A stretch of 64,000 nucleotides of DNA from the human T2T-CHM13v2.0 reference genome, Homo sapiens. The notes below the pieces were generated by a model. That model did not search any database. It saw only the letters and a list, made by a program, of their open reading frames with translations, and was not told the origin of the DNA. The DNA is taken from the NCBI RefSeq assembly GCF_009914755.1, contig NC_060938.1; one strand, given 5' to 3'. Within the stretch, counting starts at the first letter, position 1. Each line of letters begins with the position of its first letter. The position numbers were made by a program, and so were the translations under genes. Shown here in pieces: positions 38,886 through 53,467 of the stretch.

Positions 38886-40036
38886 ATTTAACACTTCCTT
38901 CTTCTTGTCCTCTCTTTCTCTTTCCATCCCTCTTTTTTTTTTTTTCATTTCTTTCAGAAATAGTTTATCTGAGAAGCCATTTTTCTGTCCCCCATGTGAA
39001 ATTCAAAAGCCAATATACCTTTAGTGAACTTCTGATATTTTGGTTTGATAATTAGTGTTTCCTGCTTTAAGATTTCTTAGCAAATTTTGTTATTTTAGGG
39101 AAACAAATGGAAAATTGTCAAGCCACAGTCTTACAGCAAAATATTTGAAATGGCTGGATCTAATAGAATTTTACAAATAAAATTTTATCATTTTTCATTG
39201 AGAAGCTCACAACTGCAATATTTGTATAAGCTAAGCTTTGTCTTACGATCATAAAAGAGTAAAGGACCATATACATGTATGAATATACACATACTTTCAA
39301 ATAAGCTTATTTATTTTTATCAAATACTGAATCTCTATTAATATGCATACTATATATTGTACTGTTCATAATTATCATACTTTAAAAGAAGTTTACAAAT
39401 AAACAAGCTACAAGGTTGTGGAAATATAATCATCTTTCCTTCATTTTAAAATGAAATAAAATATAGTAAAATTATAGAAGGGAATATGACAATGGCTGCA
39501 TTTAAATATAATTTTTCTTAAAAGTCTTAGGTAACTTCTTTTTCTTTTTGTTAGAGAGAGATCACACAAGTGCTGAAGAATTATTGTAGCTTTGTATTTG
39601 TTATCATGATCTATTTTGGAATAATCTGAAATACAGAATTCTCCATTATGATTTATCCAAGTCATACTCTTTTTTGATAGGGATAAATCCATATTTACTT
39701 ATCAACTTCCTTTTAGCTTTGTACAATAATTTAATTTTAAGCTTATATGAGACAAAAACGAACTCAATTTTAACTGAGTTATGATATACCATATTTTGTA
39801 TTGACTTCTGCTATGCTTACAGTTAGAGGAAGGAAATAACAAACCTTTGAGCTGGTGAGATCTAGGTCAGTTTGAGAGCCTCTGTTTCAGTATAATGTCA
39901 GCTCTGCTATTAAAGTTCAGCTTTCCAGCCCTCTAAAGGGTCATTGCTTTTCTCTCAGGACCACAGCATTTCTACAGTCATTGAATAAATAATTTTCCAT
40001 TTGACAAATAAAACAGCCAAAATTAACCTCCTGTGG

Positions 40037-40264
40037 TGATACAGTTAGACTTTGTGTCCCCACCCGAATCTCATCTTGATTTGAAGTCCCATACCTGCCA
40101 CCTTGTGAAGCGGCTGCTTTGCTTTCCCGTAACTTTCCACCATGATGGTAAGTTTCCCGAGGCTTCCTCAGCCATGCTAAACTGTAAGTCAACTAAACCT
40201 CTTTCCTTTATAAATTACCTAGTCTCGGGCAGTTCTTTATAGCAGTATGAAAATGGACTAAAAA
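40037..40264 (+). mobile_element. THE1/MST solo LTR with internal deletion
   Basis: tgatacagttagactttgtgtccccacc...aaacctctttcctttataaattacc; perfect TSD TGTGG (40032-40036, 40265-40269); only 228 bp. Confidence 0.9.
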
Positions 40265-41992
40265 TGTGGGGATTTAAAAAAAATTCTCTGTATTTGAGTT
40301 CCCAAGTGGCATGTCAGCAAAGTAATCAAACACACCTCTGTTTTGTAGGGGAATCAAACGTGGTTCAGTTGCTTGTGTATGCAGTCTATATTAAGTGGTT
40401 TTAAGATCAGTTTTAAATATAAACTTTCGGTGACTTTGCTATAAAGCTGTGTGAGAACATTAAAAATATGTAGGCCCTACTCTCTAGTTTTAATTGGAAA
40501 CTGTAGGGCAGTATCAACTTATATTATTATTATATTTTAATTGCACTGGGCAGGCTTCTTCAGGTCTAACACATTCTTTAAAAGTTGCATATTTATTTTG
40601 TTTCAGCTCACTTCAATATTGTGGAGATGGAAATCTGAAAGTCCCCTTTTCATAGTCATTTTTTGGTCAGAGTACTCTAAAATTTATTAACTAATTATGG
40701 TGAAATCACAACTCAGCATTCCATTTGGGAGGAAGTTGCTGACAGCCTGTGAAGAAAATAATGCAGTGTGGTTAACTAATGTTCCTGTTTCCTATAGTGT
40801 AATGTAACTAGTTTAATAAATTACATGTGCAGAAATAATCTCCTGAATTATCAAGAAGGAAACAGTTCCTACGCCTCTACAACTAAGATGTTTCAGAGTC
40901 AAATACCTTGAGCTTCAGATATTCAGATTTTGAAATAACCTCTACTCCTAACTTCAGCATGGGTAGCACATACTCCATATATTTCACTAGATAAACATAC
41001 TTTGAAATATTTAATATTTTAAGTATAGTCCAAGACATTATACTTTTGTCATTTTAATCATTGTGGACTGAAATTTGAATGACTGGTTAATTTTCCTACA
41101 ATTAATCCTTTTGTGAAAATTTCATTGCCACTATTTAATTAAAATCAACAATAGATTGTTCATAATCATGAACAAGGAGAATATACTGTAATATAATATT
41201 ATATCATTTGTTGCCTCTTCAAATAATTCTTTGGAGAAGAGAAACATTAAACTAGAAGGTTAACAGCGAAAGTAGCATATAGCAAAAAATAGAAAAATAG
41301 AATCTTTTCCAATTTAGGTAGAGCAGATTTATTGTATGATTCTGCAGGGAATCTGAAAAGTGCTCTGAACACTCACTTTTAATTGAGATAACCCTAAGTT
41401 TCTTGAAGTGTAACCAGTGACAGACTAAAGTAACATTTTGGTTAAGCAATGTTGAATTATGAAATACTGTTACTCTACATTACTGCTGGGAACCTTAATT
41501 GAAGTGCAGAATCTGACTAAAAGCAACAAAGGCAACTAAGCAAAAACAAAGAAGCAAAAGTTCTAAATCATGCTTTTTTAAAATCAGTTTCTTCACAGTT
41601 TACCTCTAAGTGTGCATACATGCACGTAGACATTCACAGGATTTATAATTTTTTCATTATCTTCCTTTATTCCTCTATTTGGATTAAATAATGTCCCTCC
41701 TGCTTCTTAATTTTTTTTTTTCTTTTCATGTCTTATTTGCAAAGAGTTGACTATTTCCAGATAAAATATCCTAATCATAGGCAATCAATTGCCAGTTTAA
41801 TTTTTAATGAAGCAGCTTTAAGGATGTGCTTTTTACTACTATTTCTATTCATATTTTTCTAAGATACAGATTGCTTTATTATCTTCATCATGATTAATGG
41901 ATGAATATTTAAAGATAAATAATGAATGAGAGAGGATAGTACAATTATAGCCTGCTGTTCTTCATATAGTACTCTGTGTTGTACTCTAACGT

Positions 41993-42345
41993 TGATATGG
42001 TTTGGCTTTCTGTCCCCACCCAGATCTCACCTTGAATTGTAATAACACCCATATATCAAGGGTGGGTTCATCTGGAGATAATTGAATCATGGGGGCCATT
42101 TCCCCTATGCTGTTCTTGTGATAGTGGGTGAGTTCTCATGAGACCCATTGGTTTTATAAGCAGCTTCCTCCTGTGCTGGGCACTCATTCTTTCTCCTGTC
42201 GCCCTGTGAAGAGGTAACTTCTGCCACGGTTGTAAGTTTCCTGAAAGCCTCCCCAGCCATGCAAAACTGTGAGTCAGTTAAACCTCTTTATAAATTACCA
42301 AGCCTCAGCTATTTCTTCATAGCAGCGTGAGAATGGATGAATACA
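41993..42345 (+). mobile_element. THE1 solo LTR (THE1C-like)
   Basis: tgatatggtttggc...gaataca; TSD aacgt/aacat. Confidence 0.92.
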
Positions 42346-43936
42346 AACATTATTAGAAGTAATAGTATACAGGTATGGCATTGGAATTATTCCTTAGATA
42401 TAGTTGAACAGGTAAACTGTAATTTCAAGAAAGTTTATTGCTGTGTGTCCATAGCAAATAGCATATACTGACCTTTAATGATCATTTCTAAAATAGTCAT
42501 ATTTAACTTTATTTGACCTATAATAATCTATTAAAATGTGTATTTTATGAATTTTCACATGTACAAGGTAAAAAAAATGTCAAGTACAACATCAAAAACA
42601 CATTTAAACAACTTTATACAGCCTAAGTATTCATCAATGGAGTGTAGGTTTCTTAACAATCTTATTCTGCTACTTGATTAAATTAAATAGGTCTATATTT
42701 GGTAATAAAGTAAGTTGCTGAAAATATGTGGTTACTTAAGCATGGAAGCCATTGTGGGTATGTTTCTTTGGGTAGAAACATACGTAGACACACATAAATG
42801 CACATTTGTGAATTTACATTTTCTGGAAGGTTACATACATAGGCAAAAAGTAGATGGGAGTACTTTCTAGGGTGGGAGGTTCTAGGGTAGGAGGGTCAAA
42901 TGATATTCAACTTTATCTTTTTTATAGAATTTGATGCTTTTTACCTTGTTAATGTAAAAATTCATAGTAATAAAAAACAAATACATGTTTTAACGGATTA
43001 TTATTATAGGTCAAATAAAGTTAAATATGAGTATTTTAAAATTATGATTAAAGGCCAGTATATGCTACTTACTGTGCTGTTAAATATGTATGTGCCAACT
43101 AAGATGTCAGTGATATTTGCAAATTATTTTTCTATAAATAAATTAAAGAAATTTAGCAATCAAGCTTATCTACAATGTAATTTGTACTATATACAACAGA
43201 CTGTATGCCTGGCTGCTAATGGGAATTTCACTAACAGTGGGAAATACCAAAAATACTAATTTTTTGGGAGTTTTTCTATGTCTTACAATGTAATTTTATG
43301 GAGAGAGTACCTGTAGAATCTGAACATCTAATTTAATTAAAGTAATACTAAACTTTTGACTTACGTGATAAAGGATATGTCATTTGGGGGCTCTATTTAT
43401 GTTCATAGTGTTATGTTTATGGAGACAGGAATGTTGAGTGTATTGTGCATCTCTACGTCTGGCCCTGGCACAATGTTCACTATGTAGATTAATGATTACA
43501 CAATTAAGTTAAAAATACCATTTTTTTCCTACAATTTCAACGTAATTTTAAGATTATGTTCGTATAATACAACTGTGTATTCTAATTTACTCTGATGTAT
43601 TAGACAAAGAAACGAAAAGGTTAATAGGTTCTGCTAAGATGCTATTCTAGAAAATTAATAATAGAAAAAAACACTGAATTCCACATTAACAGAGATAAAT
43701 GTTTTATTTGGGTTTGTACAGAAGAATGAAGCTACACTTTTGAAAACATTTTATGTCATATTTAACAGAAATATATTTGCATTGATGCATATTCCTAGAA
43801 CAGAAGAAATACTTAAATCATATCTTTGCTCTGTACATTTTCAATAAACTTGATCAACAGTATAAAAGGATAGTTTTCACATTTAACTTTCACAGCAGAA
43901 CTCTAAGGAGGTTAGCTTTTAAAGACTAATCTCTCA

Positions 43937-44117
43937 CTTTATATTGAGATATAATTCACATAACAAGTAATTCATCTTTTTAGCGTGTACAATTTAGTGG
44001 TTTTTATTATAATTACAAGGCTGTGCAGCTTATCACCAGCATCTAATTTTAGGATGTTTTCATTATCCCTAAAAGGAACTCCGTATCTGTTAGGAGTCAC
44101 ACACCATTCCACCTCTC
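43937..44117 (-). mobile_element. L1MB 3' end
   Basis: attgagatataattcacata...gtgtacaatttagtggtttt. Confidence 0.8.
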
Positions 44118-45209
44118 AGGAGGTTATTTCTGGGAAATGAGAAACAAGCAAAAGAAAAACAAACACACATACACAAAAATGAAACTTTATAAAAAATTCA
44201 TTTCCCCAAGGGCCTTTTTCTTAATCTTTAGGATAATTAAACCATTTTTTGAAGCATTCCTCTAGGTATATTTTCCTTTTGTCAAGTGGTTTGATTTTGC
44301 CAGATTCTCATTTATTAGCAGCTATACATTTGAGTCTAGGAGTTATCCAACAAAATTCTCATTGACGTCATGAAATCCTAACCTTTATAAATGAAATTTC
44401 CATTCCACTTTTCCATAGCTATATTTATGTTTGTTATCCAAAAGTATTGATAAAGGAATCGACAACATGGTCGAATATATAGATATCTCTATGTTAATTT
44501 ATGTGTCCATTTTTCTATGCTGGTATAATATGAAGAGACATTTGAATGGGGCTAATTATGTACATGAGTAATTCTTTAGTGGATATTGTAGTGACAATAT
44601 TCTGCTTTAAGCAATCTTGTTATTTCAGAGACTTGAATAAATAATACTAGGTTAAGGGCCTCTTTATATATCACTTGAAATTGTATACATTTTTTTTTCT
44701 CTTGAGAAACAATGAAATGTACTTAGTTTCTATTTGTGCAATTGATGACTGAGGGAATTAATTTTATTTATTGCAGCTAGGAAAATTAGCATTTACTTAG
44801 TTTTTATTCTAGGCTTTAGTGACATTTAACTGATAGGTACTTTCAAGGATGCTGAGTTTCTTTTTGTTTGTTTTCACAACTGCTTCTGTAATATGTGGTG
44901 AAAACTCTAGGAAGAGACTGTTCTGTAAAGGTGAAGCTAATCTGATCATTCAGCAGTGAGTTCTTGAATCCTCTCTATAATTTTAAGTTTCTTTTACCCC
45001 TCATTTATTCTTAACAATATCTTGCCTTTTTCTCACTAAGCTGTCAGTGAAGTCATTTATCAGAGTAGGCAAAAATAAAAGATTTCTATCTTTAGGCTGG
45101 TCCTCTTTTTCTCTTGTCAGGTTTTGCATCTTTAACTCATTGATTTATTCATTCAACAAATATTTATTGCTAAACGTCTTCCTGTTCCATAAAGAGTGGT
45201 AGGATCTAA

Positions 45210-45430
45210 AGACTGAGCAATAGAGTGAGACTTCATGTCTACAAAAAAAATTAATAACTTGCCAGGTGTGGTGGCATGCACCTGTAGTTCTAGCTGCTTG
45301 GGAGGCTGAGGTGGGAGGATCACTTGAGGCCAGGAGGGCCAGGCTGCAGCAAGCCATGATTGTGTCACTGCACTCCAGCCTCGGCAATAGAATAAGACCC
45401 TGTCTATAAATAAATAAATAAATAAATAAA
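45210..45430 (+). mobile_element. 5'-truncated AluJ within an L2 3' end (L2 on minus, ~45145-45500)
   Basis: gaggtgggaggatcacttgagg...ggctgcag...ccatgatt; (TAAA)n tail; upstream ttcattcaacaaatatttattg. Confidence 0.85.
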
Positions 45431-47819
45431 AGCTTAGCAGTAAACAAGAGAGAGGTGATTGTTGTCTTGGTTGAATGTACAGATTAGGAGGGAATCAGAT
45501 TCCCAAGCATTCATTGATTAAATGTATTGAGCACCAGTATGATGTCTGATATGGATAGTAGCATTGAAGATATAGAGTGGATTTGCACGTGTGGGGACTG
45601 TGATAAAACAGGAAACTTCGTGTGCCCTGGCAGTGTGTAAGGTGACATCTCAACATCAGACTCACCTTCTTTTGTGTCTCCTGTCAGCGCATACTACATA
45701 AGGCACAGAGATGGTGCATGTTGGACTTGCTGTTTATGTCGAATCTACCTTTCTGACTCTCACAACTTCCCATTTAGTGTGTAAACTGTTAAAATCCAGT
45801 TGTTAGGTTAGATTCATCACCAGCTGCTTTTAAAAAGTAGATATTTGTAGATATTTATAGATCTATATAGATATTTAAAGGCATTGAAGATGCCATATGT
45901 CTCTACATTTGCAAAAAAAATACATTCTGCAGTTATTTATAAGTTCTGGGGATTTTCCCACTTTTATTTTAGATCATATATACTGCTCTGGCTCAAGTGT
46001 TGGGTTGAGAATGTCTTTAAAGGTTATTCTTCATTAATCAAAAACTCACTGCCCTATGATTGTTTCTTGTATTGCGCCATCAGATAATTTATCCAACAAC
46101 AGGAGAATGGGATTTTACTGTTCAACCAGCTTCATGCTTACTTATTTGTGGGTTACATGTCCATGTAGCTTTATGGCCTTGAAAGGGTTTTCTATTACTT
46201 ATTTGTAAAATAATGGCATAGTTTTGCTTTATTTCACTCTCTTCAACACACTAAGATATTCAAAGTTTCTTGCATTTACTTAGGTTAGACAAATACCATT
46301 TTATTTCTCTGAATAAAATTTCCTAATTGTATAGTCAGTGTAGCCGATACAAATATTGTTCAAGGATAACTAAATTGTTTGTAGTTCTCTAAACGCAGTA
46401 AGCTATTTCATGTTTTGGTGTCTTTGCTTTTGCTCCTCATTCTGCTAAAATGTCATTTTCCTGATCATCCTTTAATTAGTCATTCAACAAGATTTCCAAA
46501 ATCTCCTTTGGAAGGAGGCATTCCCAGTGCTTCAAAGTTGAAGTTAGTGTCACATGTCTTAGTTCCCATACTGCACTCAAATCATATGTACTGGTGAGAC
46601 CACAGGGGAGTTTCTTCTAAGTAGCTTCATAAGTTGCAGAATCAGTTCCAGAATCTTTGAGAAGTTGTTTTTTCTGAGAGCCTTACTTTTTTTTATGTAG
46701 TGGCTGTTTTGTATCAGAGCTTTATTTCGTTGTCACACACATTATATTTAAATCATTTATCCTTCTATTTACATATGAGACAGTCACTGATATCTTTGAG
46801 TATGGGATATATTTAGCTTCTTTCAATTTTTTTATCCAAGTACCTAGAAAGGTGCTTAAGATATTGTCAACATGAAGCACTCAGTTATGTGTAAAGGCAT
46901 TAATGATGTCATAAAACACAGGTGACAGTTTTCTCAGAGGTTTTCTCTGACCCTGTTAATGCTAAGCAAAAGATTCACTATAGGATGATATCTGAAAAAA
47001 CTTTTATCAATAAAGAAGTAAGGGGAAGAGCTAGGAAGGACCTATATACATCTTGGTTAAATTAAAGCATTCCTCTGGATTAAATCACTTTAGGGCAAAG
47101 ACTTTTTTTCAGTTTTGTAGATACCTGTCTGAATTGGCAGTTGGATCATGTAAATTCAATAAATACTGTAAATATTTATTGTTTCAAAAGTATAATGGGA
47201 ATTGCTGATCCTATTTAAGGGTTTCTGAAGACTGCTTTTGAGAAATGCATGTCCTTAAAAATATGCTCTTGGATTACATTCTTCTCATTTGTTTAATATC
47301 AATCTGTATTGTTTGCTTAGAACTTCTAATTCCATGTTTTATATTATATACTGTAATTACTATTTATTTGTTGTCAATTTAGATGTGCAGTAATGAAACA
47401 TTGAGTAGAATTTCATTTATTTAAGAGCATTGCTATTTTGCACTATATACTTTTGAGAGAACATAAATGGGAAAAGATAATTTTCTTTTACTTTATTCAT
47501 TTAACACATAACTGCTTCAATCATGGGACATAAATTTATCTGCTCGAGTTTTCATCGGTCACTTGTAAAGTCTTTTATATACGATTAGAAATTATATTTT
47601 CTTGAGAGTTTCCTTTGATATTTATATTAGTTCTTTATCGTTTTGCTAATTATTTATATAAAGGTATTTCCTTTTAATTAAATGAATTTAACTGGAAGGC
47701 TTAACAATTATAATCTGGAGATCTTTTCTGATTTACCGACTGTTGGGGTGAATTAGGTTGGAATGGCTTATGTAAAGCTCTGGACTCTCTTCTTTTAATC
47801 CTCCCTCTTTTAATTTATA

Positions 47820-48193
47820 CTGTATATTCCTGCAAGATAAATCTTCGTAAAATGCTTCAGTCAAGTAATTTCCCCACTCAAAAACCTCTAGAGGTCCCTC
47901 ATTGCTTACTAAATTAAACTCAAACTTGCTCTCTGACATTCATAGCCCTCCAAACCCCAATATAATCCAGCTCTAATCTCAACTATTACTATTCCTCTGT
48001 TTACACTGTTCACAACAGTAAGACAGAATTATTTGGCTTCCACAGACTCTATTTTATTTTTTTCCACTCTGTGTATTTTTCTGGGCTTGTTCTTCCTGGA
48101 ACACTTGTTCCTGTATCATTCCATACTGTTCAAATCTAATTGATCCTTCAGAGCCTATCTCAGAAAACCATGTCTGTGAGAAGCCTCTCCTGA
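47820..48193 (+). mobile_element. L2 fragment
   Basis: ccccactcaaaaacctc...tccttcagagcctatctca...gagaagcctctcctga. Confidence 0.65.
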
Positions 48194-48910
48194 TTTATTT
48201 ATTCAACAAGTATGTACCTTCCCAGGCATTAGTCAAGTGTACTGTGAATGAAAAAGACAAAAATCCCTATTATCCAGAGCTTACTTTTTAGCTAGGGGAG
48301 GTAGATAATAAATGAGGAAACATATAAATAAAAAATAAAGATTTAAATATATAAAATATGAAGTTATAAGAATTATGAAGGAAAATAGTGAATGTAAGAT
48401 ATCAAGTGTGGAATTTGAGAGGGAGGGCTGATATTTTATTGAAAGTGATCAGGAACATGTCATCTCAGATGAGAAGGTATTTTTCAGAGATGCCTACTGA
48501 GAGAAATAATAAGTCATGAGTATATCCAGAAGAACAGAGCCTGAGAGAGGAGTGAGTTCAAGAACCTTGGGGCAGAAGCAAGCTTAGCATGGTTATAAAA
48601 TAGCCAAAGGGCAAATGCGGCTAAACAGAACTGAGTGAGCAGAAGAGTCACTGAAGTCAGAGAGGAGTAAGTCCTGGGGACCAGTTAAAGGACTTTGGTT
48701 TTCATTATGAAAGAGATGAGAAGCCACGGAGAGTTTTGAGCAGAGGCATGACCTGAAATGGCTTATATTATAAAGGATTGCTCTGGCTGCTGCCCTTGAA
48801 TAGACTCTAATGACACAAAGGAAAAACAAGGGAGGACTAAAGTCTATGCTGATCAAGACTTAGTGGTAAATTGAACCAGAGTTCTGGCGTAGGAAGTGAC
48901 TAGATTCAGG
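48194..48910 (-). mobile_element. L2 3' portion
   Basis: ttattcaacaag...gagatgagaagccacggagagttttgagcagaggcatgac...ctctggctgctg. Confidence 0.8.
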
Positions 48911-49060
48911 GAAACTATCATAAAATAAGGAAGTACGTATAAAGGGTGAATAAGAAGTCACAAGGAAAAAAAAAACGTAGCATTTCGGGGAATAGTACTT
49001 CATCTTAATAACTATCATTCCTTTTTATTATGTTTGTTTCTTGTAACAGTTTCTTTACTA

Positions 49061-49420
<360 letters not shown>

Positions 49421-49779
49421 AAGTATGTGTTGTTATTGTTACATTTATACAGATGAGGAACTTAGAATACAGAGAGTTTGAGTTATAAGAAAATATTGTA
49501 TGTGTCAATCTTCCTGTAGTCTTAGTAGAACAGGAAAAAAAGGCAAGGAATAAATACACTAGAATTTTACTAGTGGTAGAATAATAAATAATATTTTAGA
49601 TTTTTATGTTTATCTGCATCTGTTTCAAGAAAATGTATGATTTTTCTTCTACTTATTTTAAAATTCTTATATTTTGGTGAATAAGGATATTGCCTTAATA
49701 ATCTCATAACCATTAAATGTAAGAATTATGAATTGATACCCCATTTATATGATTTTTCTGTGCTATTTTATAGTTAACA

Positions 49780-49985
49780 AAGTACAGAATTTGCAGTCAG
49801 ACTTGGTTTCCAATTCTATAACCTTGGACAAATAATTTAGACCCTATGAACCTCAGGGTCTTCATCTGTAAACTGAAATCCCAAGGTTTTAGACTTATTT
49901 TCAGGATGTAAGTGGAAACCAAATGACAGTCTTAAACACAATACCTGTCACAAAATACAGCATAATAAATGACTGCTATTATGAT
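49780..49985 (+). mobile_element. MIR
   Basis: gcagtcagac...accttggacaa...cctcag...catctgtaaa. Confidence 0.75.
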
Positions 49986-52329
49986 GCCCATGTTATGTAG
50001 ATATTCAGATTAAATTTTTCAGCAGATAAGAAAAAAGATATAGTACTATAATATATATAAACAAATAGCTGTATATAACTAATAAATTACTATGAAAATG
50101 AATTTCAATTCAGAATGTTAAAAAATTTCACTGTTTAATTCTTCAATTTTGTGACTTGATTTTAGAACTTTGTAGATGGCATTTATTTTCATTTTTAAAT
50201 AATTAATATGCATTAATTTCTTGTCACTTACTTATAAATGCCTTAGCAGATACATTTCAATAACTTTGAAAAATTATGAATAATCAGTTCAGGATTACTC
50301 TTAGATACTGGTTTAACATGGGCCAGTGTTTAGTGAAACAATCTGCTAACATCAGTTGCAAACAGACTTGATGTCAGTGCCTGTTTTGTCTAAATAGAAG
50401 TTTTAGGATCAGGTCCAATTCCATAAAAGTCATTGCAATTATGACATTATGTGTGACAAAGTAAATTAAGATATTCTTTTTTTCAATTACATTTTTAAAA
50501 ACATCAAACAAAAATGTTTTCTGTAATTTTTGTAAATGTTGCCTTCTCTAGTTAGAAAATTTTAAAAAACAGTATAAAATAAAACTGTTTAAATGTAATT
50601 ATGTGCACACCTAAAATAATGGAATAGACCCTATCTTCCTCATACACAAGTGTATGTATGTATGTATGTTTTTTCCCTATGCTTTATAGCAATCCAAATA
50701 AAAGACTGCTAGATACCAATTAGTGTGACTCAATTGCATTTTTCCTAGAGATATGGAACAAAGAAATAAAAAAATCCAATCTTCTGCAGCGTTTCAAAAT
50801 TATCAGTTCTAATGAATTATCGCCATATAATTATATTATTAACATTTGCTTTGCCTCTATTATAAGTTATTCTCATTAGCTTTCAATTTCCTTCAGTGTC
50901 ACAGGATTCTTCATAGTACAGTGACTGTTATAAAATAAACTCATACTATGTAATAGTTCTCAGTAAAACTGGGCTGAGTTTGTGAAGGGTATGCATCATA
51001 ATGAGCTCCACCACACTTAATTTTAGATCTGTGTGAATCACCAATGAGCCTATCTTTTCTTAAATTAGATTTTTCAGCATCTTCTATTAATATATTGGAA
51101 GCCATACTCCTTTTTGAATAGTAGCCAAAAATATGTCACTAAGTTAGGAAGTTCTTCTAGTGATGGAATCATCCAGAGATAGCCCTCTGTCTAATGCAGT
51201 TTCTCCCCGTGGAGTCTCCCGATGTTCAAAAAGCCATAAAGGCAAATAGCTTCATACAGAGAAAGGACATGCAGTGCTGTTGGCTAGACACGAGATCTTC
51301 TGTACTTCAACAGTAGAAATAAAATAGTAGAATCATATAATTTGGTAACTAGGGAAGGATTTTGTAATCATCCCTGATACACCATCTGGATAGACATAGG
51401 TCCTGAAAAGTTGAAGTATGAAACTTTCTTTCAGGGCTTGGTTAACTATAATATATCTTGTAAACTGATTCTAAGACCTGTATGTTCCAATGTGTACTAA
51501 CGACCCTCTGCTTAAATTGAATCCTAATGCTGTAGGGTTTGGGTCTGTTTTAATTTGTATCATTTTCAGTTTTGATTCCTTTTTGGCATATTGAAAATCA
51601 TTTGAAAGTGAAGTTTGTTCTTTTGCTTTTACATACACTGGATCAACATTCTTTTAAATTATTCTTAAATATGGTATATAATATGAAAAATGCATTATTA
51701 TAGTCCCCTGATAAATAATTATTCCCTGAGAAATAATTTAATTATGTAATGAAACATAATTACATTTAAACAGTTTTATTTTATGCTGTTTTTTAAAATT
51801 TTCTAACTATAGAAGGCAATCTTTACAATCGGGGAATTATTATACCATTAGAACTTATGAGTATAATCAGTAAGTTGCTCTCAAATAACAATTATAAAAG
51901 AACAGCATGTTGATATTTTTATAATTTTAGAACTTAGAGAAACATCATTTTTGATTTATAGTGAATCTGGAACATATTACTGTCCAATACGTTGTATTTT
52001 GTTAAGAAACCATGCTGAATTCTGACTATTGACCTAGATACAGCCTTCAAAATGATGAAAAATTAGAATGTGCTTTTGTATTTCCTTAAAATGTCTTAGT
52101 TTGAATACATTATTTTTAAAAACATAAATAAGATTATGTATTCACAGGCCTCTGTGTTGGCTAGTACATATAATTTATCTGAAACTTTATAAACCAAAGA
52201 ACCCAAATACTCAAGTGTCATAATTTTGAGTCCAGTTTTAAAAGTTAATACATGTAGTCAAAATTAAGTTGTTATATCCTTGAGAACTACAACAACCTCA
52301 CTCGTGATTCTAATCAAATCAGAATACTA

Positions 52330-53090
52330 AGCGTGCAGTAGGGGACTACTGTGTTTATGGGGTTTAAAGAAAGAAAGATAAGATCAAGTTGTTAGGAATC
52401 CAGAAAAATATCACAGAGAAGGAGGCACCTGAGGTTGTCCTTGAAGAACAGGTTAGATTACAGTGGTTTGAAAATAAGGGCAGGTATTTTAGAATAAGGG
52501 AACAGTATGAATAAAACAACAACAGGTGAGGTCCAAATCATGTTTGGGTATAAGGAACAGTCTCACTACTGCTTCAGTATAGGACATAAATAGGATATTT
52601 ATGTATGTTTTTCCTTTTTTTGCTCCTATGTAGGCATAACTCAAGGTGTTATTATTAGATCCAGAATCTGTCCATACTAGTTTCTAATTCTTAAAGAGCT
52701 CCATTCTAAATTTGCATACTTTACCCTTATCCTGGTATCCCAGCAGAGCAGTCAGGATTGGAACATTCTAGTCAACCCTGTTTGGGGTCTATTTCATTCA
52801 AGCCCAGAACTGACTGGGTGGACTCCATGTTAATGGGGAAAAACACCTGAAATATTTTAAAGATAAGGAATTCATATTAGGTTTTGATGACATTTGGGAG
52901 CCACTGAGGTTCTCTGTTGAGAAATTATACTGTTGGAACTTACGAGTATAATCAGATATTGGTTCAACTGATGAGTAAGAGAAATATTTGAAGCAATGAG
53001 ACTGGTTAAAAGGCAGTTAAAACATTCTGGGTGGAGGCAATGAGGAAATACATCATGGAGTTGGTATTACAAATGGACATAAACATATGG
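52330..53090 (-). mobile_element. L2, interrupted by duplicated unique segments
   Basis: cacagagaaggaggcacctgag...ccttgaagaacaggttagatt; gggagccactgagg; gagactggttaaaaggc. Confidence 0.65.
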
Positions 53091-53341
53091 CTCAGTGAAC
53101 TTCAGTTTACTTCCATTAGAATTTAGCAATTAGGAGTTTTAAAATTAGGAGTTAAACATTTTCATTTTTGATATCATGGAGGTGAATAATGAACTTTCTT
53201 TTAATCTCAAGCTCTTGGTCTGAAAGAGGAGTTAATTTCATGGGTCTCTTGCACTGTTCCTTACTATGGGTATTTGTTATGGCTTGCAGGCCCCTCAGCA
53301 CCAGTTACATTGTTTAGGCCAGATAGAAAGTAGATGCTTAG

Positions 53342-53432
53342 CACCAACATGGCACATGTATACATATGTAACAAACCTGCAGGTTGCGCATATGTACCCT
53401 AGAACTTAAAGTATAATTAAAAAAAAAAAAGT
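53342..53432 (+). mobile_element. L1PA 3' tip (~90 bp) with poly(A)
   Basis: caccaacatggcacatgtatacatatgtaacaaacctgca...agaacttaaagtataat; TSD aagtag(a/g)tgcttag at 53328-53341 and 53433-53446. Confidence 0.92.
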
Positions 53433-53467
53433 AAGTAGGTGCTTAGGCTATGGTCTCCAGTAGGAGG

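Noticed and set aside
42900-43259. 119-aa ATG ORF in AT-rich intron sequence
   Set aside because: Composition mirrors AT-rich noise, it partly overlaps a probable old L1 3' remnant, and it has no splice or domain support
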